64,000 bases of DNA. It comes from Candidatus Nanoarchaeia archaeon (GTDB taxonomy: Archaea; Nanobdellota; Nanobdellia; SCGC-AAA011-G17; GW2011-AR18). The position numbers and the translations under genes were made by a program. Each line of letters starts with the position of its first letter. Within the stretch, counting starts at the first letter, position 1. This document shows positions 48,581-59,241 of the stretch, piece by piece. The stretch spans positions 132 through 64,131 of the forward strand of contig DATDVT010000045.1 of NCBI GenBank assembly GCA_035289905.1. Direction: 5' to 3'. The notes beneath the pieces are model-generated. The model was not told the DNA's origin, did not search any database, and worked only from the letters and a program-made list of their open reading frames with translations.

Positions 48581-49771
48581 ATGAACATATTATTTACAAA
48601 CTCAAAGGGCTTAGGATATGGTGGTGCTGAAGTAAGTATTTCTCAATATGTTATAGAATTAAGAAATAGGGGCCACAATATAATTATTGCAGCATCTCAA
48701 GAATTTCCAGATATTAATACTGAAAAAATAAAATTTGTTGAAAAATGGCCTTATTATATAAAAAATTTCTATCTGAAAAGAAAATTTAAAGAGTTAATCA
48801 AAAAATATTCAATTGATTTAGTTAGTCCACAGGATCATACAACAACAGAAGCTGCAATCTTAGCTGCAAAACATTTTTCTTTACCAACGGTAGTACATAT
48901 AAGAGATTTTTGGTTTGCGTGCCCAAAAAGCACGTGTTTAAAACCGAATGCAACAGAATGTGAACATTGTAGTTGGAAAAACTTAAAATCTTGTTCAAAA
49001 AATTTAAGATATATTATTGACCTATATAAATGGATTCATTTAAAAAAAATTGCAAAATTAATAGACTCTGCAGATGTAAAGGTCTGTGTTAGTTCGACAG
49101 TAAAAAATAAATTAGCAAAATGTGGTATTAAATCTAATGTTATTATAAATCCTGGGGCAAGAATTTTAGAAAAATTTGAAAATATTCATGGAATAGATGA
49201 ATTCAAAAAAAAATATAATTTAAATAAAATAGTTGTGACATTTATCGGTAGTTTTTTTTACACAAAAGGAATCTTACAAATTTTTAAATTTATGCCTGAG
49301 ATTCTTAGAAAAAATCAAAATGTATCTTTGTTATTGGTGGGAGATGGACCTCTCTATAATAAAGTTTTAGAAATAATAAAAAAAGAGAAATTAGACAATC
49401 GAATAGTATTAACAGGAAGACTACCCTTTAAAAGAATTCCATTGTGTTATAGTGCATCTGATATTCTTATTGCACCCCATCTTTGGTCTGCTCCATTGGA
49501 TGCTACAATTATAGAAGCTTCAGCTGCCTCAAAGCCATTTATTATTAGCAGTAGGGGGGGTACTTCTGATTTTATTGAGAGATATAACTATATATTACCA
49601 CCAGAAGAAATTGATCTCTGGAAAGAAAAAATTAATTTTTTAATTGAAAACCCTGAGGAAAGAAAAAAAATAGGACAAAACTTAAGAATAAAAGTAGAAG
49701 AAATGTCAATGAAATCATATGTAGATAGAATAGAAAAAATTTACTCTAAGGTTTTTGATAAAATTCTTTAA
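48581..49771 (+). CDS. GT-B glycosyltransferase (GT4-like) with N-terminal Cys cluster
   Basis: 396 aa; C-terminal GDGP...APHLWSAPLDATIIEASAASKPFIISSRGG; CPKSTC...ECEHCSWKNLKSC. Confidence 0.5.
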   Translation: MNILFTNSKGLGYGGAEVSISQYVIELRNRGHNIIIAASQEFPDINTEKIKFVEKWPYYIKNFYLKRKFKELIKKYSIDLVSPQDHTTTEAAILAAKHFSLPTVVHIRDFWFACPKSTCLKPNATECEHCSWKNLKSCSKNLRYIIDLYKWIHLKKIAKLIDSADVKVCVSSTVKNKLAKCGIKSNVIINPGARILEKFENIHGIDEFKKKYNLNKIVVTFIGSFFYTKGILQIFKFMPEILRKNQNVSLLLVGDGPLYNKVLEIIKKEKLDNRIVLTGRLPFKRIPLCYSASDILIAPHLWSAPLDATIIEASAASKPFIISSRGGTSDFIERYNYILPPEEIDLWKEKINFLIENPEERKKIGQNLRIKVEEMSMKSYVDRIEKIYSKVFDKIL

Positions 49772-50855
49772 TCTTCTGGATTATATAATTAACTTCCTCG
49801 TCAGTTAACCAAGCATGAATAGGTAATGAAATCACTTCTTTTTTAATTTTATTTATTACATTTAAACCTTCAGCTCTAAAAATAAAATTTTCAAAAAGTT
49901 TATTTTCTAGCAAGGCTTTATCATAATGAATCATACACCCTATATTATTTTCAATTAACCATTTTTTTAAATCATTTCTTTTCTCGGTTCTCATTACAAA
50001 TTTATGATAAACATGTCTTGTTTCTCTTCGATTTAATGGCATTTTCAATTGCGAAATGTTAGATAATCCCCTAAAATACATATCTGCTATTTCTCTATGC
50101 CTTCCAATCCAAAAATTCAAATTATCTAAATTAAAGCTTAAGATCGCTGCTTGTGCAGAAGATATTCTTGAATTAAATCCTAAAATTTCAAATTCTCCTA
50201 TTTTGTTCTTCCCATGATATCTTAATTTACAAAGAGTTTCATAAAAATCAAAATCATCTGTAAGAATTATTCCACCATTGCTTTGAGCAGATAATATTTT
50301 AGTTGGATCAAAACTTATACAACTACACAAACCTAAACTACCTACTTTTCTATCATTATATTTACTCCCAATTGATTGAGCTGCATCCTCAATAATAGTT
50401 AACCCATATTTTTTTCCAATTGCTTCTAATTCAACGATATTCAATGCATCTCCAAAAATATCAACCGCTAAAATAAATCTGGTTTTATCAGTAATTTTAT
50501 TTTCTAAATCCTTTGAATCCATCATATAAGTTTTAGGATCAATATCAACAAAAACAGGACTACCTCCCGCCCTTAAAATGCAAGTAACCGAAGCTATAAA
50601 CGAGAAACCTGTAAGTAATACTTCATCATCTTTTTTTATACCTGCTGTTAAAAAAGAAAAGTACAAAGCATCAGTACAACTACCTACTGCCACCCCATAC
50701 TTTCTATCGCAATATTTAGCAATTTTTTTCTCAAAATCATCTACTTCAGGGCCCATAACCACTTTACCATGTAAATACACTTTTTCTATGATCTTTAAGA
50801 TTTGATCTTTATTATCTTGATAATATCTTTCTTTTCCAAAAAAAGGAATTTTCAC
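49746..50855 (-). CDS. DegT/DnrJ/EryC1-family sugar aminotransferase (third copy; PglE-like)
   Basis: 369 aa; YGVAVGSCTDALYFSFL, SFDPTKILSAQSNGG. Confidence 0.85.
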   Translation of the reverse strand: MKIPFFGKERYYQDNKDQILKIIEKVYLHGKVVMGPEVDDFEKKIAKYCDRKYGVAVGSCTDALYFSFLTAGIKKDDEVLLTGFSFIASVTCILRAGGSPVFVDIDPKTYMMDSKDLENKITDKTRFILAVDIFGDALNIVELEAIGKKYGLTIIEDAAQSIGSKYNDRKVGSLGLCSCISFDPTKILSAQSNGGIILTDDFDFYETLCKLRYHGKNKIGEFEILGFNSRISSAQAAILSFNLDNLNFWIGRHREIADMYFRGLSNISQLKMPLNRRETRHVYHKFVMRTEKRNDLKKWLIENNIGCMIHYDKALLENKLFENFIFRAEGLNVINKIKKEVISLPIHAWLTDEEVNYIIQKIKEFYQKP

Positions 50856-51484
50856 AATTTTCCCTCCCTTGCTTTTGCTGGTACACCGAAAACAACTGAA
50901 TCATCAGGTATATCCTTCAACACAAGTGAACCTGCACCAATAATAACTCTTTTCCCTATTTTAACCTTTGGAATAATAACAGATCCTGTATAAACATAAC
51001 TTTCCTCACCGATTTTTACATTGCCTGCTGTTGAAACCATAGGAGCAATATTAACAAAATCACCAAGTTCATTATCATGCTCAATTACTGAACCGGAATG
51101 GATTATTACGTGTTTACCTATATTCACATTAGGCAAAATTGTGACATTGGGATTAATTATTGTTCCCTCCCCTATATCTACAAATGAAGAAATATAAGCA
51201 TTTTTACTAATAATTGTTGCAAATTTATATCCTTTTGCCTCTAATCTAATTACAATCTCTTTTTTAATTTGATTATTCCCATAAGCAACAATAACTTCTC
51301 CATCTAAATTATTAACTAAATTTTCAAAATCTTCTATGAAATAAATTACCTTTACACCATTAATTATTTTTCCAATATGTTCTCTACTTAAGATATCAAT
51401 TAAACCCTGAATATGATAATCTTTACAAATTTCTATAATATATTTTGCCTGCGCACCAGTACCGATTATATACAAATTTCTCAT
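50852..51484 (-). CDS. PglD/NeuD-family sugar N-acetyltransferase (N-terminal Rossmann-like + hexapeptide)
   Basis: 210 aa; MRNLYIIGTGAQAKYIIE; hexapeptide C-terminal half. Confidence 0.7.
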   Translation of the reverse strand: MRNLYIIGTGAQAKYIIEICKDYHIQGLIDILSREHIGKIINGVKVIYFIEDFENLVNNLDGEVIVAYGNNQIKKEIVIRLEAKGYKFATIISKNAYISSFVDIGEGTIINPNVTILPNVNIGKHVIIHSGSVIEHDNELGDFVNIAPMVSTAGNVKIGEESYVYTGSVIIPKVKIGKRVIIGAGSLVLKDIPDDSVVFGVPAKAREGKL

Positions 51485-51520
51485 TTTATTTATTCCAATT
51501 AAAATACATATTTTTCTACA

Positions 51521-52549
51521 CTACCTTTTATTTGAATTTAATAAAGTACTCTTAACAAATTCAATATACTCTTTCATACCATCCTCCAAAGAATATTTAG
51601 GTTCATATCCTAAAAGATTCTTCGCCTTAGAAATATTTAATGTACCCCTGTTAGGTCTATAAACACTAACATTTTTAATAACTAATTTACATCCAGGATC
51701 TGGATTTAATTTCATTAATATCTCAGCAAGCTCCTTAATTGTTCTTCCTTCTCCTCTTGTTATATTAAAAGTTTGGCCTAAGGCTTTTTTAGATGTAGAC
51801 GCTAATATTAAACCTTGTATCAAATCCTTAACATACGTAAAATCTAATTGATGTAAACCACCATTATCCAAAACAAATTCTCCACCTGTTAAAGAATCCA
51901 TAAGAAATAGTTCTGTAACTCTTCTATTGCTATCAGTGGGACCATAAACTGCTGAAGGCCTTATTATAACAAAAGGCAAACCAAATCTTTGATTATAAAC
52001 CTTAACTAATGTTTCGCCACATAACTTCATCCCACCATAAATACATTTTGGATTACATTCCCAACTTTCTACAGCAGGTAAAATACTCCCTAAGCTATCT
52101 CTTTTAAAATCTCCATAAACCATTGAAGAAGAGATATAAATAAACCTATTAATTTTATAACTTAAGTTTCTAATTACATCTATTAAGGTCATTGTCGCCA
52201 TAAAAAGGTCATGAAAAGCCTCTTCAGGATGAGTATGAGAAACATTTGCAATTGATAATCCTGCTAAATGAAACATAATTTCAGGCCTATATTTCTCTAA
52301 CGTTTCCTTAAGTAAACCTCTACTATTCACATCCCCTCGTACCCTTATTAATCTAGAATTTTGTAGGCATTTAACCCTATAATTTTGATAGAAACACCAA
52401 TTACTTTCAGTCAATGGAATAACATGTTTTAAAACATCATAACTTATTACAATATTTTCTTGATTTTTTAATAATTCAGTACACAAATGATACCCTATAA
52501 AACCTTCACCACCAGTAACAAAATATGTAGTCATGAAAATGACCAACAA
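51521..52549 (-). CDS. NAD(P)-dependent sugar epimerase/dehydratase (extended SDR; PglF/4,6-dehydratase-like candidate)
   Basis: 342 aa; YFVTGGEGFIGYHL, YGGMKLCGE (YxxxK). Confidence 0.7.
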   Translation of the reverse strand: MLVIFMTTYFVTGGEGFIGYHLCTELLKNQENIVISYDVLKHVIPLTESNWCFYQNYRVKCLQNSRLIRVRGDVNSRGLLKETLEKYRPEIMFHLAGLSIANVSHTHPEEAFHDLFMATMTLIDVIRNLSYKINRFIYISSSMVYGDFKRDSLGSILPAVESWECNPKCIYGGMKLCGETLVKVYNQRFGLPFVIIRPSAVYGPTDSNRRVTELFLMDSLTGGEFVLDNGGLHQLDFTYVKDLIQGLILASTSKKALGQTFNITRGEGRTIKELAEILMKLNPDPGCKLVIKNVSVYRPNRGTLNISKAKNLLGYEPKYSLEDGMKEYIEFVKSTLLNSNKR

Positions 52550-52569
52550 AGAGTGATATATAAATTTTC

Positions 52570-53331
52570 TTATAATTTTTTATTAGCTAAAAAAATATAA
52601 TGGGCAAACAAATAACCATTTAAATAACTAAAGGGAAATAGATTAATTAATTTATATTTTAGATTATATTCTGGAATAATTGATAAAAATTTGATACTGA
52701 AACCGCTTTTTTCAAAAAAATTTGTCCATTCACTTTTGGTATATATCTTTTCAGTAACACCTAAAGATCTTTCATGTAAACCAAAATTTTTTCTTGAACT
52801 TGGTCTAAATAATGGAATTATTGGCTCCCTAATAGCAACCAATCTTCCATCTTTCTTTAAGACTTTTTTTATTTCTTTTAATGCGGTATTCATATCATCA
52901 ATATGATGTAAAGCGGCGTCTACAACAACCATATCAAAAGAAGCTTCAGGAAAATCTAAATTATAAAAATCCCCTACAATTCGTTTCATTTTATTCTTAT
53001 TGGCTTTGAATAAATCCATAACCTTTGGAACTATTTCTATCATTAATTTTTCTGAGAAATCTAAACAATATACCTGTTCAACAGAATCTAATTTTGATAG
53101 CTGACAACTAAACCAACTAGATCCTGCACCTATTTCTAAAATTTTACCAGAAAATTCTAACTTTTTAATTATTTTCTTCAAATAATCAACCCTTCCATCT
53201 TGCAATCTTACACACCATTTTTCAAAAGTATCATATTCCTCTTCTTTTTGTTGTATATTCTCTCTGTACTCTAATTCTTTTTTATTATATTTAGAAGATA
53301 AATTTAATTTTACAATACCAGAAGCTTTCAT
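52570..53331 (-). CDS. class I SAM-dependent methyltransferase
   Basis: 253 aa; ILEIGAGSSWF motif I, VVVDAALHHI. Confidence 0.65.
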   Translation of the reverse strand: MKASGIVKLNLSSKYNKKELEYRENIQQKEEEYDTFEKWCVRLQDGRVDYLKKIIKKLEFSGKILEIGAGSSWFSCQLSKLDSVEQVYCLDFSEKLMIEIVPKVMDLFKANKNKMKRIVGDFYNLDFPEASFDMVVVDAALHHIDDMNTALKEIKKVLKKDGRLVAIREPIIPLFRPSSRKNFGLHERSLGVTEKIYTKSEWTNFFEKSGFSIKFLSIIPEYNLKYKLINLFPFSYLNGYLFAHYIFLANKKL

Positions 53332-53404
53332 ATAAATTTAATAAATGGTTAGCTTATAAAACTTTTCAATAAATCATTTAAATAAGCTCTTTCTAAATAA
53401 AATT

Positions 53405-54865
53405 ATGAAATTTGCTTTAATATCTCTACAACAAAATACAACTGATCCCCCTCTGGGGTTAGCTTATTTATCTGCATATCTTAAAAAATATAGTAAGAAT
53501 AATGAAATAAAAATAATTGATAAAGAAGATATTTTAGAAAATATAAAAAACAATAATTACGATTTAATTGGGATTAGTGCAATGACTACTGATTTCAAAA
53601 GAGCTAACTCATATGCAAAAGAAATTAAAAAAATCTCAAAGGCTAAATTGATTATAGGTGGGGTGCATATTACAATAATGCCACATCATCTAGAAGAATC
53701 TGAATTTGATATTGGGATTATCGGTGAGGGAGAAAAAACAATTTTAGAACTAATAAATCTGTTTAATAGAGATAATGAACTAACTGAAGATAATTTAAAA
53801 AATATCAAAGGCTTAATTTTCAAAACAAAGAACTATATGTATACAACCCCACCCAGAGAACTAATCACAAATTTAGACGAAATTCCTTATCCAGATAGAA
53901 ATTCTTTGAAAATGAAAGAAATCTATTTATTGCCTCAGATTAAAGCTGGAAGTGACAATATCGGAATCTTTACAACAATATTTACTTCTAGGGGTTGTCC
54001 ATATAACTGTCCATTTTGTTCCTCAAGTAGCTATTGGAATAAAAAAATTAGATTTCATTCAGCAAATTATGTCATAAATGAAATTGAATTATTATATAAA
54101 AAATATAAAGTAGAAGGCATTCATATTTCAGATGATTTATTCATTGCCGATAAAAAGCGTGTTAAAGAAATTGCAAATAAATTAGAAGAAAACGGACTAA
54201 ATAAAAAAATTAGATTTAGCTTATTACTTAGATCTAATCTTGTGGATGAAGATTTAATTAAAGATCTTAAAAAAATGAACGTTACCCATGTTGGTTTTGG
54301 ATTCGAATCTGGGTCTACAAAAATATTAAAATATCTTAAAAAAAATACCTTAACCGTTGAAGATCATAAAAACGCTGTAAAATTATGCAAAAAATATAAT
54401 TTTCAACTAAGTGGTTCTTTTTTAATTGGTTGTCCAAACGAAACAAAAGAGGATATCTTAGAAACATTCAATTTCATAGAAGAACTAAACCTAAATCAGA
54501 TGAATGTAAATCAATTAATTCCTATGCCAAAAACAGATATATGGAATTATGCAAAAGAAGAAGGTTTAGTTAATGATTCTTTTGAATTTACTATAAAAAA
54601 TTTATCAGATTTATTTGTACATAATTATAATCCCTCCTTAAGATTATCTAAAGAGATTAAGGAGAGTGAATTCAAAGAATTATTCGATAAAATTCAAGAA
54701 AGAATAAAAAATAAAAAATCTAATAATTTTTCATTAAAATTAACTTATCTCAAATATCTTAAAAATCCTAGATTTATCTTAAAATTATTTAAAAGACGAA
54801 ATAGGATTTTATTCTTGTTAGGTATAAAGAAAAAAGATATAGAGTATAAAACAGAGAATAGTTAG
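53405..54865 (+). CDS. cobalamin-binding class B radical SAM protein
   Basis: 486 aa; SRGCPYNCPFC; divergent from MTase 52570-53331. Confidence 0.75.
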   Translation: MKFALISLQQNTTDPPLGLAYLSAYLKKYSKNNEIKIIDKEDILENIKNNNYDLIGISAMTTDFKRANSYAKEIKKISKAKLIIGGVHITIMPHHLEESEFDIGIIGEGEKTILELINLFNRDNELTEDNLKNIKGLIFKTKNYMYTTPPRELITNLDEIPYPDRNSLKMKEIYLLPQIKAGSDNIGIFTTIFTSRGCPYNCPFCSSSSYWNKKIRFHSANYVINEIELLYKKYKVEGIHISDDLFIADKKRVKEIANKLEENGLNKKIRFSLLLRSNLVDEDLIKDLKKMNVTHVGFGFESGSTKILKYLKKNTLTVEDHKNAVKLCKKYNFQLSGSFLIGCPNETKEDILETFNFIEELNLNQMNVNQLIPMPKTDIWNYAKEEGLVNDSFEFTIKNLSDLFVHNYNPSLRLSKEIKESEFKELFDKIQERIKNKKSNNFSLKLTYLKYLKNPRFILKLFKRRNRILFLLGIKKKDIEYKTENS

Positions 54866-56388
54866 CCTTTCTTTAATTTCTTTTTAATCAAACTTAAAAT
54901 ATAAATATCGTTTTTGTCAAAAGAGCTAGTTATCAGTAATAAAATAAATACAGAAAATAAAAACAAAATTGAAAAAATTACAAGGAGATAGATATTGGAA
55001 ATCATTACATATTTTTTAATATTAAAAAATAAAACTGAAATAATTAAAGTAATAAATAATACTTTTAAATAAGAACCCTTGAATGGTGTTGCTTTCAAAC
55101 AAATATAACTTTGAATAAAATTCAATAATCCCCACAAAACAAGAACAAAGCTTGTAGATATTGCAGCTCCAATTATCCCATATTTAGGAATCAAAAGAAA
55201 ATTCAATACGCCATTAATTAGAAGAGCAATTATAGAATTATAGAAAATTAATTTTGACTTTTTAAAAATTAATAAAACATTTTGTGCCGGATGAAAGATT
55301 AAACTTATAAAAAAGCCAACCAATAAAATGATTAAAGCTAAATAACCAGAAGCATATTCAGCACCAAAGAATATTGATAAAACTTCTTTTGAGTATATAA
55401 TAAATAATGTAACAAGAACCAAATTAATTATAAATATCCATTTTGTTACTGTTTTATATAAATCAATAAATTCTTCTCTTTTGTTTCCTATATATAAGGC
55501 CATCAAAATCGGTAAAAATAAAGCAAGAATAGAAGAAGGTGCAGTAAACATAAGCTGTGCAGTTGGAGATGCAGCATTATAAATACCAACATCGGTTTCA
55601 GTTTTATAATGGCCTATCATAAACGTATCAAGAGATAAAGTTAAAGTAAAAAATAAACTAACAAAAACTAAAGGAAAAGAATATCTTAAAATATCTTTAA
55701 AAATTCCTTTTTTATCTATACTTACTTTATATTTTCTCAAAATAGTTTGTAATAAAAGATATCCAATTAACATGCTAATCACAATAGAAATAGTGTATGC
55801 TAAAGAGATTGCCAAAATTCCAAAACCAATTGAAACAAAAATAAAAGCAAGAATAACTTTGGAAAAAGGTTCTGCGATATTTTTAGTATAAACTTCATAT
55901 TTAGGGATTTGAAAAGCCCTAAATGAAGCATAAAACATCCTTGAAATAGTAACAAATGGAATTGTAATTGAAACTATCCTAATAATTGCACTTAACTTTT
56001 CTTGGTTTAAATTTGGAAAAAATTGCGCACAAATAAAATCTGAGAAGATAAATAATAATACAGAAACTAAAAATGCTAAAATAAAAGTAATTTTCATAGA
56101 AGTATAGATTACCATCTTAACTTTACTATAATCATTTTTTTCTTTAAAATAAGAAACATACCTTAAAACACCATGATCCAAACCAATAGTAATAAAAACA
56201 GAAATAAAAACAGTTAAAGAAACTCCCAATGTTAAAAGACCATAATCAGCCATTCCAGAACGTGCAGCAATAATTCTAAAAATATATGAAAACAATTTAG
56301 ATAAAAAAGATCCAATAAAAATTATACCTGTACCAATAGTCAAATTTTTTACAGAGTCTTCAGTGTTCATCTTAAACTTAAAAATCAA
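54862..56388 (-). CDS. Wzx-type polysaccharide/oligosaccharide flippase (MOP superfamily)
   Basis: 508 aa; polytopic; N-terminal region like PF01943-type proteins. Confidence 0.55.
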   Translation of the reverse strand: MIFKFKMNTEDSVKNLTIGTGIIFIGSFLSKLFSYIFRIIAARSGMADYGLLTLGVSLTVFISVFITIGLDHGVLRYVSYFKEKNDYSKVKMVIYTSMKITFILAFLVSVLLFIFSDFICAQFFPNLNQEKLSAIIRIVSITIPFVTISRMFYASFRAFQIPKYEVYTKNIAEPFSKVILAFIFVSIGFGILAISLAYTISIVISMLIGYLLLQTILRKYKVSIDKKGIFKDILRYSFPLVFVSLFFTLTLSLDTFMIGHYKTETDVGIYNAASPTAQLMFTAPSSILALFLPILMALYIGNKREEFIDLYKTVTKWIFIINLVLVTLFIIYSKEVLSIFFGAEYASGYLALIILLVGFFISLIFHPAQNVLLIFKKSKLIFYNSIIALLINGVLNFLLIPKYGIIGAAISTSFVLVLWGLLNFIQSYICLKATPFKGSYLKVLFITLIISVLFFNIKKYVMISNIYLLVIFSILFLFSVFILLLITSSFDKNDIYILSLIKKKLKKG

Positions 56389-56593
56389 AACTAATTAAAT
56401 GTTTCTTTTTTAAAATAGAATGTAATGAGTATTTGGAAAAATTTATTTAAAATGTTCATAATAGGATTTCTATAAATATTAACATTCTAATTTATCGATG
56501 CTTTTACTAACTCTTTTTAAAATATACTTCCATTAAATGCTTAGGTTTTCCATAAATAAGAATCAAAATTAAAAGTAAATAAAGCTTGCCCTG

Positions 56594-59233
56594 TTAAAAA
56601 CCTGGTAAAACTTTTTCTACACCTGGGTCAGGTAATTTAGTATCTCTCATCCATGGCTTGTCTATTTGATCAGCTGGATAATTAACCTTCCATATTTTAA
56701 TTGGCCCTATAGTTCCTCCTTGATAGATTATTAAAGGGACAGTATTTGAACCATCATATACTTTTTCAAAATAAGAATTAACTTCATCATATAGATATAG
56801 ATGCGCAAACAAAGATAATCTAACATCTTTAGAGAGATATAAACCAGCACCAACAGAATTACCACTTCCATCGGCATTAACTGAGGGTAGTATCCTTAAA
56901 CAACCTTCTAAACCTTCTCCATCAAAAGTAAATTCACGATCTTTTATAAAAATACAATTTAAAGGAATTTGATATAATTGATTATTATAAACAACATGTG
57001 CTAAAGGCTTACTAATGCTATTATTATCCAAAGTATCAGCACTTAAAGCTCCTTTATCAACAGGAACTTGAATACCAATAATCCCTGCTTGTGTTCTAGG
57101 AAACATAATACCTTGATAAAGAAAATCATCATCTAAAGCATATGATCCAGAATAAGTATACACCATAGAATTATTTAATTCAAAACTCTTAGAAAGATCT
57201 AAGTTAAAAACAGTGATCCAACTAAATCTATCATAATACTTATCAGCTCCTATAGAAGAGAAAGCAGGATATTTACCAATCTCATCACCAATCATAAGAA
57301 TATAACTTACATTATTGGCATATGTTAAATCTAAAGCATCAGTATAATTTTGGGCAGTCAATAAATATCTACCAACAAAATGGTTTATTGCGTATCTAGC
57401 ATTTCCACCATCACTAATTGTTGCTCTCTCTCCACCAACCTGAACCCAATATCCATAATCCCACCAATGTGCAAAAACAGCATTTTTAGGGGTATTCTCT
57501 CTAACCCATTGCATAGCAAATTGCCATTGAGCATTATAACTCGGTCCAGTAGCTGAAACCTCTGCTGCTGCAACGTTATACATATTCCACCATAGTGGTA
57601 CAAACAAAATCAAAATCAAAAGATAGACAACTTTTTTAACAATATCTATTTTTAACAAAGAAGCCTTCAAAAATAGAGTGTAAATGACATAACCTAAACC
57701 AATAACAACAATTGGAGCTAAAAACATAAGCAAACGTATAGCACTCCTAGCAGAAACAAAAGAGACTAACCCCCAAACTAAGAAAAATAAAATCCCAAAA
57801 TCAATCCTATTAAAATCATATATTTTATTTAAGATATCTCTCCGATAGACTCCATAAAATAGAACAAAGATAAGACTAGACAAAGATAAAAAATACAACC
57901 ACAAAGACTGAGAAGAAATTCCATTAAAAACAGAATCAGGACTATAACGACTGTATAATATTCCAACTAAAGCAAAGGCATAAAAAAAAGCGCAGATATA
58001 ACCTGTAATCTTATTTAGCTTTCTGAACTGTTCATAAACACAATAAATTAATCCAAAAAACAAAATATAAAAAACAAATCTATTAAGTTCACCAATTATA
58101 TCTCTTAGATAAGGTTGCTTAGACTCAGCAACAGTCAAAGCCCATCTTGTTTCACTAAAAGGAGAAACTAAACTAGAAAATAAGGTATTAAATAAAGATG
58201 ATAATCCATTAAAACCCCTAATTATAATAAAAAGAAAGAAAATAAAACAAAGACTAAAAATAAAAGACCAAAAAACATTAGGTAATTTTTTCTGATAATT
58301 CCCTAAAAAGTTAAACCGATTTTTATCTTTACTAACAAAATGAATTGTAGCCCCTAAAAAAACAAAAAAAATCGCTTGTGAAGGCAAGTCATTTAAAAAA
58401 GAAAGTATTTGAAATTTGTGTGGGGCACCTATAAAACGAACAAAATAAAATATTAAAAACCATAACCAACTACAATATAATAATTTTTTGTCTAATCTAT
58501 TCCATAAAGCTAAACATAAAAAATATAGGGTAAAGGCGTAAAGTAAAATTCCTATTCCACCCCAAACTGCACCCATTAATCCTAAAAATAAACCAGAAAT
58601 CCCAGCATATATTAAAGATTTTCTAAAGTTTTCTTCTTTGAAGTAACTAACAAAATAATACAAACTAATAAACATTAAAGTAAAAGCTAAAGCTTCCTTA
58701 TCTGAAAAACCTGAAAGAGTTCTATGTAAAAAAGATGGAATCACTGTTAAAAAAGCAGTAGCTATTAAAGCTATCCATTTATTAAATACCTTTCTAACTA
58801 ATAAAAAGAAAAAAATAGACCCTAAAGCAAAAGCGATTGGGGGATAAATCACATCTACGTATTCTATAGTAATATTAACACTAAAAAAATGTAAAATTTT
58901 ATATAAATATGCAATAAAATAAGAAAGTAATCCAAATTCTCCTGTAGGATTATAACCTATAGGAAAATATCTTGCCCAATCATATTGCATCATACTTCCA
59001 TGTTCAACAATATAACGAGCATACTTCAAAATAACAAAAGAATCTAACTCCATAGGAATATATTTATTTGTAGTTACATCAATTAATAACTTTAAATTTA
59101 GAGTTCTAATATAATAACCAAGACCAATAATAAAAGCTAAAATTCCATAAATAATCCAATCTATTTTATATTTACCTTTAGTAATATAATTTTTTATCTT
59201 TTTTATTCTCTCCTCAATAACCTCTTCGCCCAT
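56594..59233 (-). CDS. aglB: archaeal oligosaccharyltransferase AglB (STT3 family)
   Basis: 879 aa; 13-TM-like N-terminal region; WWDYG motif (AHWWDYGYWVQ); large C-terminal extracytoplasmic domain. Confidence 0.9.
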   Translation of the reverse strand: MGEEVIEERIKKIKNYITKGKYKIDWIIYGILAFIIGLGYYIRTLNLKLLIDVTTNKYIPMELDSFVILKYARYIVEHGSMMQYDWARYFPIGYNPTGEFGLLSYFIAYLYKILHFFSVNITIEYVDVIYPPIAFALGSIFFFLLVRKVFNKWIALIATAFLTVIPSFLHRTLSGFSDKEALAFTLMFISLYYFVSYFKEENFRKSLIYAGISGLFLGLMGAVWGGIGILLYAFTLYFLCLALWNRLDKKLLYCSWLWFLIFYFVRFIGAPHKFQILSFLNDLPSQAIFFVFLGATIHFVSKDKNRFNFLGNYQKKLPNVFWSFIFSLCFIFFLFIIIRGFNGLSSLFNTLFSSLVSPFSETRWALTVAESKQPYLRDIIGELNRFVFYILFFGLIYCVYEQFRKLNKITGYICAFFYAFALVGILYSRYSPDSVFNGISSQSLWLYFLSLSSLIFVLFYGVYRRDILNKIYDFNRIDFGILFFLVWGLVSFVSARSAIRLLMFLAPIVVIGLGYVIYTLFLKASLLKIDIVKKVVYLLILILFVPLWWNMYNVAAAEVSATGPSYNAQWQFAMQWVRENTPKNAVFAHWWDYGYWVQVGGERATISDGGNARYAINHFVGRYLLTAQNYTDALDLTYANNVSYILMIGDEIGKYPAFSSIGADKYYDRFSWITVFNLDLSKSFELNNSMVYTYSGSYALDDDFLYQGIMFPRTQAGIIGIQVPVDKGALSADTLDNNSISKPLAHVVYNNQLYQIPLNCIFIKDREFTFDGEGLEGCLRILPSVNADGSGNSVGAGLYLSKDVRLSLFAHLYLYDEVNSYFEKVYDGSNTVPLIIYQGGTIGPIKIWKVNYPADQIDKPWMRDTKLPDPGVEKVLPGF

Positions 59234-59241
59234 CTTAACAC

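Noticed and set aside
44052-53000. Antisense ORFs 44052-44363, 47440-47646, 50578-50993, 52691-52906
   Set aside because: Embedded in rSAM, GT4, DegT and MTase genes respectively; no independent support
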